In this document: in pieces, positions 18,001 through 36,000 of the stretch
Position numbering within the stretch: position 1 is the stretch's first letter
Layout of the letters: every line of letters starts with the position of its first letter
From: Eledone cirrhosa
Lineage: Eukaryota
Assembly: GCA_964016885.1 (NCBI GenBank)
Contig: CAXHJY010000001.1
Span: 248,001-312,000 of the forward strand
Reading direction: 5' to 3'
DNA length: 64,000 bases
Program-made: the position numbers and the translations under genes
The notes under the pieces: model-generated
Told to the model about the DNA's origin: nothing
Databases searched by the model: none
What the model saw: the letters and a program-made list of their open reading frames with translations, nothing else

Positions 18001-21000
18001 CCATGTCTCACTACCATGTAACATATCCTCCACATTCATCACCCATGTCTCACTACCATAACATAACCTCCACATTCATCACCCATGTCTCACTACCAGA
18101 ACATATCCTCCACATTCATCACCCATGTCTCACTACCATAACATATCTCCACATTCATTATCCATGTCACACTATCATGTAACATATCCTCCACATTCAT
18201 CACCCATGTCTCACTACCATAACATATCCTTCACATTCATCACCCATGTCTCACTACCATAACATAACCTCCACATTCATCACCCATGTCACACTACCAT
18301 GTAACATATCCTCCACATTCATCACCCATGTCTCACTACCATAACATAACCTCCACATTCATCACCCATGTCACACTACCATAACATATCCTCCACATTC
18401 ATCACCCATGTCACACTACCATGTAACATATCCTCCACATTCATCACCCATGTCTCACTACCATAACATAACCTCCACATTCATCACCCATGTCACACTA
18501 CCGTGTAACATATCCTCCACATTCATCACCTATGTCACACTACCATGTAATATATCCTACACTTTCATCACCCATGTCTCACTACCATGTAACATATCCT
18601 CCACATTCGTCACCCATTTCTCACTACCATAACATATCTCCACATTCATCATCCATGTCACACTACCATGTAACATATACTCCACATTCATCACCCATGT
18701 CACACTACCATGTCACATAACTTCAACATTCATCACCCATGTCTCACTACCATAACATATCCTTCACATTCATCACCCATGTCTCACTACCATAACATAA
18801 CCTCCACATTCATCACCCATGTCACACTACCATAACATATCTCCACATTCATCACCCATGTCACACTACCATGTAACATATCCTCCACATTCATCACCCA
18901 TGTCTCACTACCATAACATTACCTCCACATTCAACACCCATGTCACACTACCATAACATATCCTCCACATTCATCACCCATGTCACACTACCATGTAACA
19001 TATCCTCCACATTCATCACCCATGTCTCACTACCATAACATAACCTCCACATTCATCACCCATGTCACACTACCGTGTAACATATCCTCCACATTCATCA
19101 CCTATGTCACACTACCATGTAATATATCCTCCACATTCATCACCCATGTCTCACTACCATGTAACATATCCTCCACAATAATGACGCATGTCTCACTACC
19201 ATAACATAGCCTCCACATTCATCACCATGTCTCACTACCATAACATAACCTCCACATTCATCACCCATGTCTCACTACCATAACATATCCTTCAAATTCA
19301 TCACCCATGTCTCACTACCATAACATAACCTCCACATTCATCACCCATGTCACACTACCATAACATATCTCCACATTCATCACCCATGTCACACTACCAT
19401 AACATATCTCCACATCCATCACCCATGTCACACTACCATGTAACATATCCTCCACATTCATCACCCATGTCACACTACCATGTAACATATCCTCCACATT
19501 TATCACCCATGTCTCACTACCATAACATAACCTCCACATTCATCACCCATGTCACACTACCATAACATATCCTCCACATTCATCACCCATGTCACACTAC
19601 CATGTAACATATCCTCCACATTCATCACCCATGTCTCACTACCATAACATAACCTCCACATTCATCACCCATGTCACACTACCGTGTAACATATCCTCCA
19701 CATTCATCACCTATGTCACACTACCATGTAATATATCCTCCACATTCATCACCCATGTCTCACTACCATGTAACATATCCTCCACATTAATGACCCATGT
19801 CTCACTACCATAACATAGCCTCCACATTCATCACCATGTCTCACTACCATAACATAACCTCCACATTCATCACCCATGTCTCACTACCATAACATAACCT
19901 CCACATTCATCACCCATGTCTCACTACCATAACATATCCTTCACATTCATCACCCATGTCTCACTACCATAACATAACCTCCACATTCATCACCCATGTC
20001 ACACTACCATAACATATCTCCACATTCATCACCCATGTAACATATCCTCCACATTCATCACCCATGTCTCACTACCATAACATAACCTCCACATTCATCA
20101 CCCTTGTCACACTACCATAACATATCCTCCACATTCATCACCCATGTCACACTACCATGTAACATCCTCCACATTCATCACCTATGTCACACTACCATGT
20201 AATATATCCTCCACATTCATCACCCATGTCACACTACCATGTAACATATCTACACATTCATCACCCATGTCACACTACCATATCACATAACCTCCACATT
20301 CATCACCCATGTCTCACTACCATGTAACATAACCTCTACATTCATCACCCATGTTTCACTACCATAACATATCCTCCACATTCATCACCCATGTCACACT
20401 ACCATGTAACATAACCTCCACATTCATCACCCATGTCTCACTACCACAACATATCCTCCACATTCATCACCCATGTCACACTACCATGTAACATATCCTC
20501 CACATTCATCACCCATGTCTCACTACCATAAAATAACCTCCACATATATCACCCATGTCACACTACCATGTAACATATCCTCCACATTCATCACACATGT
20601 CACACTACCATGTCACATAACCTCCACATTCATCACCCCTGTCTCACTACCATGTAACATATCCTCCACATTAATCACCCATGTCACACTACCATGTAAC
20701 ATATCCTCCACATTCATCACCCATGTCTCACTACCATAACATAACCTCCACATTCATCACCCATGACTCACTACCATGTAACATATCCTCCACATTCATC
20801 ACCCATGTCTTACTACCATAACATAACCTCCACATTCATCACCCATGACTCACTACCATAACATATCCTCCACATTCACCACCCATGACTCACTACCATG
20901 TAACATAACTTCAACATTCATCACCCATGTCTCACTACCATAACATATCCTCCACACTCATCACCCATGTCACACTACCATGTAACATAACCTCTACATT

Positions 21001-24000
21001 CATCTCCCATGTCTCACTACCATGTAACATAACCTCAACATTCATCACCCATGTCTCACTACCATAACATATCCTCCACATTTATCACCCATGTCACACT
21101 ACCATGTAACATAACCTCTACATTCTTCTCCCATGTCTCACTACCATGTAACATATCCTCCACATTCATCACCCATGTCTCACTACCATAACATAACCTC
21201 CACATTCATCACCCATGACTCACTACCATAACATAACCTCCACATTCATCACCCATGTCACACTACCATAACATATCTCCAGATTCATCACCCATGTCAC
21301 ACTACCATAACATATCTCCACATTCATCACCCATGTCACACTACCATGTAACATATCCTCCACATTCATCACCCATGTCACACTACCATGTAACATATCC
21401 TCCACATTTATCACCCATGTCTCACTACCATAACATAACCTCCACATTCATCACCCATGTCACACTACCATAACATATCCTCCACATTCATCACCCATGT
21501 CACACTACCATGTAACATATCCTCCACATTCATCACCCATGTCTCACTACCATAACATAACCTCCACATTCATCACCCATGTCACACTACCGTGTAACAT
21601 ATCCTCCACATTCATCACCTATGTCACACTACCATGTAATATATCCTCCACATTCATCACCCATGTCTCACTACCATGTAACATATCCTCCACATTAATG
21701 ACCCATGTCTCACTACCATAACATAGCCTCCACATTCATCACCATGTCTCACTACCATAACATAACCTCCACATTCATCACCCATGTCTCACTACCATAA
21801 CATAACCTCCACATTCATCACCCATGTCTCACTACCATAACATATCCTTCACATTCATCACCCATGTCTCACTACCATAACATAACCTCCACATTCATCA
21901 CCCATGTCACACTACCATAACATATCTCCACATTCATCACCCATGTAACATATCCTCCACATTCATCACCCATGTCTCACTACCATAACATAACCTCCAC
22001 ATTCATCACCCTTGTCACACTACCATAACATATCCTCCACATTCATCACCCATGTCACACTACCATGTAACATCCTCCACATTCATCACCTATGTCACAC
22101 TACCATGTAATATATCCTCCACATTCATCACCCATGTCACACTACCATGTAACATATCTACACATTCATCACCCATGTCACACTACCATATCACATAACC
22201 TCCACATTCATCACCCATGTCTCACTACCATGTAACATAACCTCTACATTCATCACCCATGTTTCACTACCATAACATATCCTCCACATTCATCACCCAT
22301 GTCACACTACCATGTAACATAACCTCCACATTCATCACCCATGTCTCACTACCACAACATATCCTCCACATTCATCACCCATGTCACACTACCATGTAAC
22401 ATATCCTCCACATTCATCACCCATGTCTCACTACCATAAAATAACCTCCACATATATCACCCATGTCACACTACCATGTAACATATCCTCCACATTCATC
22501 ACACATGTCACACTACCATGTCACATAACCTCCACATTCATCACCCCTGTCTCACTACCATGTAACATATCCTCCACATTAATCACCCATGTCACACTAC
22601 CATGTAACATATCCTCCACATTCATCACCCATGTCTCACTACCATAACATAACCTCCACATTCATCACCCATGACTCACTACCATGTAACATATCCTCCA
22701 CATTCATCACCCATGTCTTACTACCATAACATAACCTCCACATTCATCACCCATGACTCACTACCATAACATATCCTCCACATTCACCACCCATGACTCA
22801 CTACCATGTAACATAACTTCAACATTCATCACCCATGTCTCACTACCATAACATATCCTCCACACTCATCACCCATGTCACACTACCATGTAACATAACC
22901 TCTACATTCATCTCCCATGTCTCACTACCATGTAACATAACCTCAACATTCATCACCCATGTCTCACTACCATAACATATCCTCCACATTTATCACCCAT
23001 GTCACACTACCATGTAACATAACCTCTACATTCTTCTCCCATGTCTCACTACCATGTAACATATCCTCCACATTCATCACCCATGTCTCACTACCATAAC
23101 ATAACCTCCACATTCATCACCCATGACTCACTACCATAACATAACCTCCACATTCATCACCCATGTCTCACCACCATACGGTATCCTCCACATTCATCAC
23201 CCATGTTACACTACCATGTAACATATCCTCCACATTAATCACCCATGTCACACTACCATGTAACATATCCTCCACATTCATCACCCATGTCTCACTACCA
23301 TAACATAACCTCCACATTCATCACCCATGACTCACTACCATAACATATCCTCCACATTCATCACTCATGTCTCACTACCATGTAACATATCCTCCACATT
23401 CATCACCCATGTCTCACTACCATAACATATCCTTCACATTCATCACCCATGTCTCACTACCATAACATAACCTCCACATTCATCACCCATGTCACACTAC
23501 CATAACATATCTCCACATTCATCACCCATGTCACACTACCATGTAACATATCCTCCACATTCATCACCCATGTCACACTACCATGTAACATATCCTCCAC
23601 ATTTATCACCCATGTCTCACTACCATAACATAACCTCCACATTCAACACCCATGTCACACTACCATAACATATCCTCCACATTCATCACCCATGTCACAC
23701 TACCATGTAACATATCCTCCACATTCATCACCCATGTCTCACTACCATAACATAACCTCCACATTCATCACCCATGTCACACTACCGTGTAACATATCCT
23801 CCACATTCATCACCTATGTCACACTACCATGTAATATATCCTCCACATTCATCACCCATGTCTCACTACCATGTAACATATCCTCCACATTAATGACCCA
23901 TGTCTCACTACCATAACATAGCCTCCACATTCATCACCATGTCTCACTACCATAACATAACCTCCACATTCATCACCCATGTCTCACTACCATAACATAA

Positions 24001-27000
24001 CCTCCACATTCATCACCCATGTCTCACTACCATAACATATCCTTCACATTCATCACCCATGTCTCACTACCATAACATAACCTCCACATTCATCACCCAT
24101 GTCACACTACCATAACATATCTCCACATTCATCACCCATGTAACATATCCTCCACATTCATCACCCATGTCTCACTACCATAACATAACCTCCACATTCA
24201 TCACCCATGTCACACTACCATGTAACATATCCTCCACATTCATCACCCATGTCTCACTACCATAACATAACCTCCACATTCATCACCCATGTCACACTAC
24301 CGTGTAACATATCCTTCACATTCATCACCTATGTCACACTACCATGTAATATATCCTCCACATTCATCACCCATGTCACACTACCATGTAACATATCTAC
24401 ACATTCATCACCCATGTCACACTACCATATCACATAACCTCCACATTCATCACCCATGTCTCACTACCATGTAACATAACCTCTACATTCATCACCCATG
24501 TTTCACTACCATAACATATCCTCCACATTCATCACCCATGTCTCACTACCATAAAATAACCTCCACATATATCACCCATGTCACATAACCTCCACATTCA
24601 TCACCACTGTCACACTACCATGTAACATATCCTCCACATTCATCACCCATGTCTCACTACCATGTAACATATCCTCCACATTAATCACCCATGTCACACT
24701 ACCATGTAACATATCCTCCACATTCATCACCCATGTCTCACTACCATAACATAACCTCCACATTCATCACCCATGACTCACTACCATAACATATCCTCCA
24801 CATTAATCACCCATGTCACACTACCATGTAACGTATCCTCCACATTCATCACCCATGTCTCACTACCATAACATAACCTCCACATTCATCACCCATGACT
24901 CACTACCATAACATATCCTCCACATTCATCGCCCATGTCTCACTACCATGTGACATAACCTCTACATTCATCTCCCATGTCTCACTACCATGTAACATAA
25001 CCTCAACATTCATCACCCATGTCACACTACCATAACATATCCTCCACATTTATTACCCATGTCACACTACCATGTAACATAACCTCTACATTCTTCTCCC
25101 ATGTCTCACTACCATGTAACATATCCTCCACATTCATCACCGATGTCTCACTACCATAACATAACCTCCACATTCATCACCCATGACTCACTACCATAAC
25201 ATAACCTCCACATTCATCACCCATGTCACACTACCATAACATATCTCCACATTCATCACCCATGTCACACTACCATGTAACATATCCTCCACATTCATCA
25301 CCATGTCTCACTACCATAACATAACCTCCACATTCATCACCCTTGTCACACTACCATAACATAACCTCCACATTCATCACCCATGTCACACTACCATGTA
25401 ACATATCCTCCACATTCATCACCCATGTCTCACTACCATAACATAACCTCCACATTCATCACCCATGTCACACTACCGTGTAACATATCCTCCACATTCA
25501 TCACCTATGTCACACTACCATGTAATATTTCCTCCACATTCATCACCCATGTCACACTACCATGTAACATATCTACACATTCATCACCCATGTCACACTA
25601 CCATATCACATAACCTCCACATTCATCACCCATGTCTCACTACCATGTAACATAACCTCTACATTCATCACCCATGTTTCACTACCATAACATATCCTCC
25701 ACATTCATCACCCATGTCACACTACCATGTAACATAACCTCCACATTCATCACCCATGTCTCACTACCACAACATATCCTCCACATTCATCACCCATGTC
25801 ACACTACCATGTAACATATCCTCCACATTCATCACCCATGTCTCACTTCCATAAAATAACCTCCACATATATCACCCCTGTCACACTACCATATAACATA
25901 TCCTCCACATTCATCACCCATGTCTCACTACCATGTAACATATCCTCCACATTAATCAACCATGTCACACTACCATGTAACATATCCTTCACATTCATCA
26001 CCCATGTCTCACTACCATAACATAACCTCCACATTCATCACCCATGACTCACTACCATAACATATCCTCCACATTAATCACCCATGTCACACTACCATGT
26101 AACATATCCTCCACATTCATCACCATGTCTCACTACCATAACATAACCTCCACATTCATCACCCATGACTCACTACCATAACATATCCTCCACATTCACC
26201 ACCCATGACTCACTACCATGTAACATAACCTCAACATTCATCACCCATGTCTCACTACCATAACATATCCTCCACACTCATCACCCATGTCACACTACCA
26301 TGTAACATAACCTCTACATTCATCTCCCATGTCTCACTACCATGTAACATAACCTCAACATTCATCACCCATGTCTCACTACCATAACATATCCTCCACA
26401 TTTATCACCCATGTCACACTACCATGTAACATAACCTCTACATTCTTCTCCCATGTCTCACTACCATGTAACATATCCTCCACATTCATCACCCATGTCT
26501 CACTACCATAACATAACCTCCACATTCATCACCCATGACTCACTACCATAACATAACCTCCACATTCATCACCCATGTCTCACCACCATACGGTATCCTC
26601 CACATTCATCACCCATGTTACACTACCATGTAACATATCCTCCACATTAATCACCCATGTCACACTACCATGTAACATATCCTCCACATTCATCACCCAT
26701 GTCTCACTACCATAACATAACCTCCACATTCATAACCCATGACTCACTACCATAACATATCCTCCACATTCATCACTCATGTCTCACTACCATGTAACAT
26801 ATCCTCCACATTCATCACCCATGTCTCACTACCATAACATATCCTTCACATTCATCACCCATGTCTCACTACCATAACATAAACTCCACATTCATCACCC
26901 ATGTCACACTACCATAACATATCTCCACATTCATCACCCATGTCACACTACCATGTAACATATCCTCCACATTCATCACCCATGTCACACTACCATGTAA

Positions 27001-30000
27001 CATATCCTCCACATTTATCACCCATGTCTCACTACCATAACATAACCTCCACATTCAACACCCATGTCACACTACCATAACATATCCTCCACATTCATCA
27101 CCCATGTCACACTACCATGTAACATATCCTCCACATTCATCACCCATGTCTCACTACCATAACATAACCTCCACATTCATCACCCATGTCACACTACCGT
27201 GTAACATATCCTCCACATTCATCACCTATGTCACACTACCATGTAATATATCCTCCACATTCATCACCCATGTCTCACTACCATGTAACATATCCTCCAC
27301 ATTAATGACCCATGTCTCACTACCATAACATAGCCTCCACATTCATCACCATGTCTCACTACCATAACATAACCTCCACATTCATCACCCATGTCTCACT
27401 ACCATAACATATCCTTCACATTCATCACCCATGTCTCACTACCATAACATAAGCTCCACATTCATCACCCATGTCACACTACCATAACATATCTCCACAT
27501 TCATCACCCATGTAACATATCCTCCACATTCATCACCCATGTCTCACTACCATAACATAACCTCCACATTCATCACCCTTGTCACACTACCATAACATAT
27601 CCTCCACATTCATCACCCATGTCACACTACCATGTAACATATCCTCCACATTCATCACCCATCTCTCACTACCATAACATAACCTCCACATTCATCACCC
27701 ATGTCACACTACCGTGTAACATATCCTCCACATTCATCACCTATTTCACACTACCATGTAATATATCCTCCACATTCATCACCCATGTCACACTACCATG
27801 TAACATATCTACACATTCATCACCCATGTCACACTACCATATCACATAACCTCCACATTCATCACCCATGTCTCACTACCATGTAACATAACCTCTACAT
27901 TCATCACCCATGTTTCACTACCATAACATATCCTCCACATTCATCACCCATGTCACACTACCATGTAACATAACCTCCACATTCATCACCCATGTCTCAC
28001 TACCACAACATATCCTCCATATTCATCACCCATGTCACACTACCATGTAACATATCCTCCACATTCATCACCCATGTCTCACTACCATAAAATAACCTCC
28101 ACATATATCACCCATGTCACACTACCATGTAACATATCCTCCACATTCATCACACATGTCACACTACCATGTCACATAACCTCCACATTCATCACCACTG
28201 TCACACTACCATGTAACATATCCTCCACATTCATCACCCATGTCTCACTACCATGTAACATATCCTCCACATTCATCACCCATGTCTCACTACCATAACA
28301 TAACCTCCACATTCATCACCCATGACTCACTACCATAACATATCCTCCACATTAATCACCCATGTCACACTACCATGTAACGTATCCTCCACATTCATCA
28401 CCCATGTCTCACTACCATAACATAACCTCCACATTCATCACCCATGACTCACTACCATAACATATCCTCCACATTCATCGCCCATGTCTCACTACCATGT
28501 GACATAACCTCTACATTCATCTCCCATGTCTCACTACCATGTAACATAACCTCAACATTCATCACCCATGTCACACTACCATAACATATCCTCCACATTT
28601 ATTACCCATGTCACACTACCATGTAACATAACCTCTACATTCTTCTCCCATGTCTCACTACCATGTAACATATCCTCCACATTCATCACCGATGTCTCAC
28701 TACCATAACATAACCTCCACATTCATCACCCATGACTCACTACCATAACATAACCTCCACATTCATCACCCATGTCACACTACCATAACATATCTCCACA
28801 TTCATCACCCATGTCACACTACCATGTAACATATCCTCCACATTCATCACCATGTCTCACTACCATAACATAACCTCCACATTCATCACCCTTGTCACAC
28901 TACCATAACATAACCTCCACATTCATCACCCATGTCACACTACCATGTAACATATCCTCCACATTCATCACCCATGTCTCACTACCATAACATAACCTCC
29001 ACATTCATCACCCATGTCACACTACCGTGTAACATATCCTCCACATTCATCACCTATGTCACACTACCATGTAATATTTCCTCCACATTCATCACCCATG
29101 TCACACTACCATGTAACATATCTACACATTCATCACCCATGTCACACTACCATATCACATAACCTCCACATTCATCACCCATGTCTCACTACCATGTAAC
29201 ATAACCTCTACATTCATCACCCATGTTTCACTACCATAACATATCCTCCACATTCATCACCCATGTCACACTACCATGTAACATAACCTCCACATTCATC
29301 ACCCATGTCTCACTACCACAACATATCCTCCACATTCATCACCCATGTCACACTACCATGTAACATATCCTCCACATTCATCACCCATGTCTCACTTCCA
29401 TAAAATAACCTCCACATATATCACCCCTGTCACACTACCATATAACATATCCTCCACATTCATCACCCATGTCTCACTACCATGTAACATATCCTCCACA
29501 TTAATCAACCATGTCACACTACCATGTAACATATCCTTCACATTCATCACCCATGTCTCACTACCATAACATAACCTCCACATTCATCACCCATGACTCA
29601 CTACCATAACATATCCTCCACATTAATCACCCATGTCACACTACCATGTAACATATCCTCCACATTCATCACCATGTCTCACTACCATAACATAACCTCC
29701 ACATTCATCACCCATGACTCACTACCATAACATATCCTCCACATTCACCACCCATGACTCACTACCATGTAACATAACCTCAACATTCATCACCCATGTC
29801 TCACTACCATAACATATCCTCCACACTCATCACCCATGTCACACTACCATGTAACATAACCTCTACATTCATCTCCCATGTCTCACTACCATGTAACATA
29901 ACCTCAACATTCATCACCCATGTCTCACTACCATAACATATCCTCCACATTTATCACCCATGTCACACTACCATGTAACATAACCTCTACATTCTTCTCC

Positions 30001-33000
30001 CATGTCTCACTACCATGTAACATATCCTCCACATTCATCACCCATGTCTCACTACCATAACATAACCTCCACATTAATAACCCATGACTCACTACCATAA
30101 CATAACCTCCACATTCATCACCCATGTCTCACCACCATACGGTATCCTCCACATTCATCACCCATGTTACACTACCATGTAACATATCCTCCACATTAAT
30201 CACCCATGTCACACTACCATGTAACATATCCTCCACATTCATCACCCATGTCTCACTACCATAACATAACCTCCACATTCATAACCCATGACTCACTACC
30301 ATAACATATCCTCCACATTCATCACTCATGTCTCACTACCATGTAACATATCCTCCACATTCATCACCCATGTCTCACTACCATAACATATCCTTCACAT
30401 TCATCACCCATGTCTCACTACCATAACATAAACTCCACATTCATCACCCATGTCACACTACCATAACATATCTCCACATTCATCACCCATGTCACACTAC
30501 CATGTAACATATCCTCCACATTCATCACCCATGTCACACTACCATGTAACATATCCTCCACATTTATCACCCATGTCTCACTACCATAACATAACCTCCA
30601 CATTCAACACCCATGTCACACTACCATAACATATCCTCCACATTCATCACCCATGTCACACTACCATGTAACATATCCTCCACATTCATCACCCATGTCT
30701 CACTACCATAACATAACCTCCACATTCATCACCCATGTCACACTACCGTGTAACATATCCTCCACATTCATCACCTATGTCACACTACCATGTAATATAT
30801 CCTCCACATTCATCACCCATGTCTCACTACCATGTAACATATCCTCCACATTAATGACCCATGTCTCACTACCATAACATAGCCTCCACATTCATCACCA
30901 TGTCTCACTACCATAACATAACCTCCACATTCATCACCCATGTCTCACTACCATAACATATCCTTCACATTCATCACCCATGTCTCACTACCATAACATA
31001 AGCTCCACATTCATCACCCATGTCACACTACCATAACATATCTCCACATTCATCACCCATGTAACATATCCTCCACATTCATCACCCATGTCTCACTACC
31101 ATAACATAACCTCCACATTCATCACCCTTGTCACACTACCATAACATATCCTCCACATTCATCACCCATGTCACACTACCATGTAACATATCCTCCACAT
31201 TCATCACCCATCTCTCACTACCATAACATAACCTCCACGTTCATCACCCATGTCACACTACCGTGTAACATATCCTCCACATTCATCACCTATTTCACAC
31301 TACCATGTAATATATCCTCCACATTCATCACCCATGTCACACTACCATGTAACATATCTACACATTCATCACCCATGTCACACTACCATATCACATAACC
31401 TCCACATTCATCACCCATGTCTCACTACCATGTAACATAACCTCTACATTCATCACCCATGTTTCACTACCATAACATATCCTCCACATTCATCACCCAT
31501 GTCACACTACCATGTAACATAACCTCCACATTCATCACCCATGTCTCACTACCACAACATATCCTCCATATTCATCACCCATGTCACACTACCATGTAAC
31601 ATATCCTCCACATTCATCACCCATGTCTCACTACCATAAAATAACCTCCACATATATCACCCATGTCACACTACCATGTAACATATCCTCCACATTCATC
31701 ACACATGTCACACTACCATGTCACATAACCTCCACATTCATCACCACTGTCACACTACCATGTAACATATCCTCCACATTCATCACCCATGTCTCACTAC
31801 CATGTAACATATCCTCCACATTAATCACCCATGTCACACTACCATGTAACATATCCTCCACATTCATCACCCATGTCTCACTACCATAACATAACCTCCA
31901 CATTCATCACCCATGACTCACTACCATAACATATCCTCCACATTAATCACCCATGTCACACTACCATGTAACATATCGTCCACATTCATCACCCATGTCT
32001 CACTACCATAACATAACCTCCACATTCATCACCCATGACTCACTACCATAACATATCCTCCACATTCATCGCCCATGTCTCACTACCATGTAACATAACC
32101 TCTACATTCATCTCCCATGTCTCACTACCATGTAACATAACCTCAACATTCATCACCCATGTCTCACTACCATAACATATCCTCCACATTTATCACCCAT
32201 GTCACACTACCATGTAACATAACCTCTACATTCTTCTCCCATGTCTCACTACCATGTAACATATCCTCCACATTCATCACCGATGTCTCACTACCATAAC
32301 ATAACCTCCACATTCATCACCCATGACTCACTACCATAACATAACCTCCACATTCATCACCCATGTCTCACCACCATACGGTATCCTCCACATTCATCAC
32401 CCATGTTACACTACCATGTAACATATCCTCCACATTAATCACCCATGTCACACTACCATGTAACATATCTTCCACATTCATCACCCATGTCTCACTACCA
32501 TAACATAACCTCCACATTCATCACCCATGACTCACTACCATAACATATCCTCCACATTCATCACTCATGTCTCACTACCATGTAACATATCCTCCACATT
32601 CATCACCCATGTCTCACTACCATAACATAACCTCTACATTCGTCTCCATGTCACAGTACCATGTAACATAACCTCCACATTCATCACACATGTCTCAATA
32701 CCATGTAACATATCCTCTACATTCATCCTCTACATTGATCACCCATGTAACATATCCTTCACATTCATCACCCATGTCTCACTATCATAACATATCCTCC
32801 ACATTCATCACCCCTGTCACACTACCATAACATAACCTCTACATCCATCACCCATGTCTCACTACATAACATATCCTCCACATTAATCAACTATGTCTCA
32901 CTACCATAACATAACCTCTACATTCATCACCCATGTCTCACTACCATGTAACATAACCTCTACATTCATCACCCATGTCACACAAAGATTTCACATAACC

Positions 33001-36000
33001 TCCACATTCATCACCCATGTCGCACTAAGATAACATATCCTGCACATTCATCACCCATGTCTCACTACCATGTAACATAATCTCCACATTCATCACCATG
33101 ACTCACTACCATAACATATCCTCCACATTCATCAACCATCTCACTACCATAACATAAGCTCCACATTCATCACCCATGTCTCAATACCGTGTAACATAAC
33201 CTCAACATTCATCACCCATGTCTCACTAACATAACATATCCTACACATTCATCACCCATGTCACATTACCATGTAACATAATCTCCACATTCATCACCAT
33301 GACTCACTACCATAACAAATCCTCCACATTCATCACCCATGTCACACTACCATGTAACAACCTCCACACTCACCACCTATGTCACACTACCATGTAACAA
33401 CCTCCACATTCATCACCCCTGTCACACTACCATGTAACATATACTCCACATTCATCACACATGTCAAACTACCTTGTCACATAACCTCCACACTCATCAC
33501 CCATGTCACACTAACATAACATAACCTCCACATGCATCACCCATGTCTCACTCCCATGTAACATATCCTCCACATTCATCACCCATGTCTCACTACCATG
33601 TAACATATCCTCCACATTCATCACCCATGTCACACAACCATGTAACATATCCTCCACATTAATGACCCATGTCTCACTACTATAACATAAGCCCCACATT
33701 CATCACCCATGTCTCACTACCATAACATATCCTCCACATTCATCATCCATGTCACACTACCATGTATCAACCTCCATATTCATCTCCTATGTCTCACTAC
33801 CATCTAACATAACCTCCACATTCATCACCCTTGACTCACTACCATAACATATCCTCCACATTCATCACCCATGTTACACTACCATGTAACATATCCTCCA
33901 CATTCATCACCCATGTCTCACTATCATAACATATCCTCCACATTCATCACCCATGTCACACTACCATGTAATATAACCTCTACATTCATCTCCCATGTCT
34001 CTCTACCATGTAACATGACCTCCACATTCATCACCCATGTCTCACTACCATAACATAACCTCCACATTCATCACCCATGTCTCACTACCATAACATAACC
34101 TCCACATTCATCACCCATGTCTCACTAACATAACATATCCTCCACATTCATCACCCATGTCTCACTACCATAACATAACCTCCACATTCATCACCCATGT
34201 CGCACTAACATAACATATCCTCCAGATTCATCACCCATGACTCACTACCATAACATAACCTCCGCATTCATCACCCATGTCTCACTACCATAACATATCC
34301 TCCACATTCATCACCCATGTCTCACTACCATGTAACATAACCTCCACATTCATTACCTATGTCTCACTACCATAACATAACCTCCACATTCATCACCCAT
34401 GTAACATAACCTCCACATTCATCACCCATGTCTCACTACCATAACATATGCTCCGCATTCATCACCCATGTCTCACTACCATGTAACATAACCTCCACAT
34501 TCATCACCCATATCTCACTACCATAACATAACCTCCACATTCATCACCCATGTCTCATTACCATAACAGATCCTCCACATTCATCACCCATGTCACACTA
34601 CTATGGCACATAACCTCCACATTCATCACCCATGTCTCACTACCATAGGATATCCTCCACATTCATCACCCATGTCTCACTACCATAACATATCCTCCAC
34701 ATTAATCACCATATCTCACTACCATGTCTCACTACCTTAATATATCCTCCACATTCATCACCCATGTCTCACTACCATGTAACATAACCTCCACATTCAT
34801 CACCCATGTCTCACTACCATAACATAACCTCCACATTCATCACCCATGTCACACTACCAGAACATATCCTCCACATTCATAAACCCATGTCTCAGTACCA
34901 TAACATATCCTCCACATTCATCACCCATGTCTCACTACCATGTAACATAACCTCCACATTCATCACCCATGTCTCACTACCATGTAACATAACCTCTACA
35001 ATAATCACCCATGTCTCACTACCATGTAACATAACCTCCACATTCATCACCCATATCACACTACCATAACATATCCTCCACTTTCATGACCCATGTCTCA
35101 CTACCATAACATAACCTCCACATTCATCACCCATGTCTCACTACCATAACATATCCTCCACATTCATCACCCATGTCTCACTACCATAACATAACCTCCA
35201 CAATAATCACCCATGTCTCACTACCATAACATAACCTCCACATTCATCACCCATGTCTCACGATAACATATCCTCCCAATTCATCACCCATGTCTCACTA
35301 CCATGACATAACCTCTACATTCATCAGCCATGTCTCACTACCATGTAACATAACCTCCACATTCATCACCCATGTCTCACTACCATGTAACATATCCTCC
35401 ACATTCATCACCCATGTCTCACTACCATAACATATCCTCTACATTCATTACCCATGTCTCACTACCATAACATATCCTCCACATGCATCACCCATGTCAC
35501 ACTACCATGTAACATAACCTCCACATTCATCACCCATGTCTCACTACCATGTAACATATCCTCCACATTCATCACCCATGTCACACAACCATGCAACATA
35601 TCCTCCACATTAATGACCCATGTCTGACTACTATAACATAAGCCCCACATTCATCACCCATGTCTCACTACCATAACATATCCTCCACATTCATCACCCA
35701 TGTCACACTACCATGTATCAGCCTCCATATTCATCTCCTATGTCTCACTACCATCTAACATAACCTCCACATTCATCACCCTTGACTCACTACCATAACA
35801 TATCCTCCACATTCATCACTCATGTTACACTACCATGTAACATATCCTCCACATTCATCACCCATGTCTCACTACCATGTAACATAACCTCCACATTCAT
35901 CACCCATCTTACACTACCATGTAACATATCCTCCACATTCATCACCCATGTCTCACTACCATGTAACATAACCTCCACATTCATCACCCATGTCTCACTA

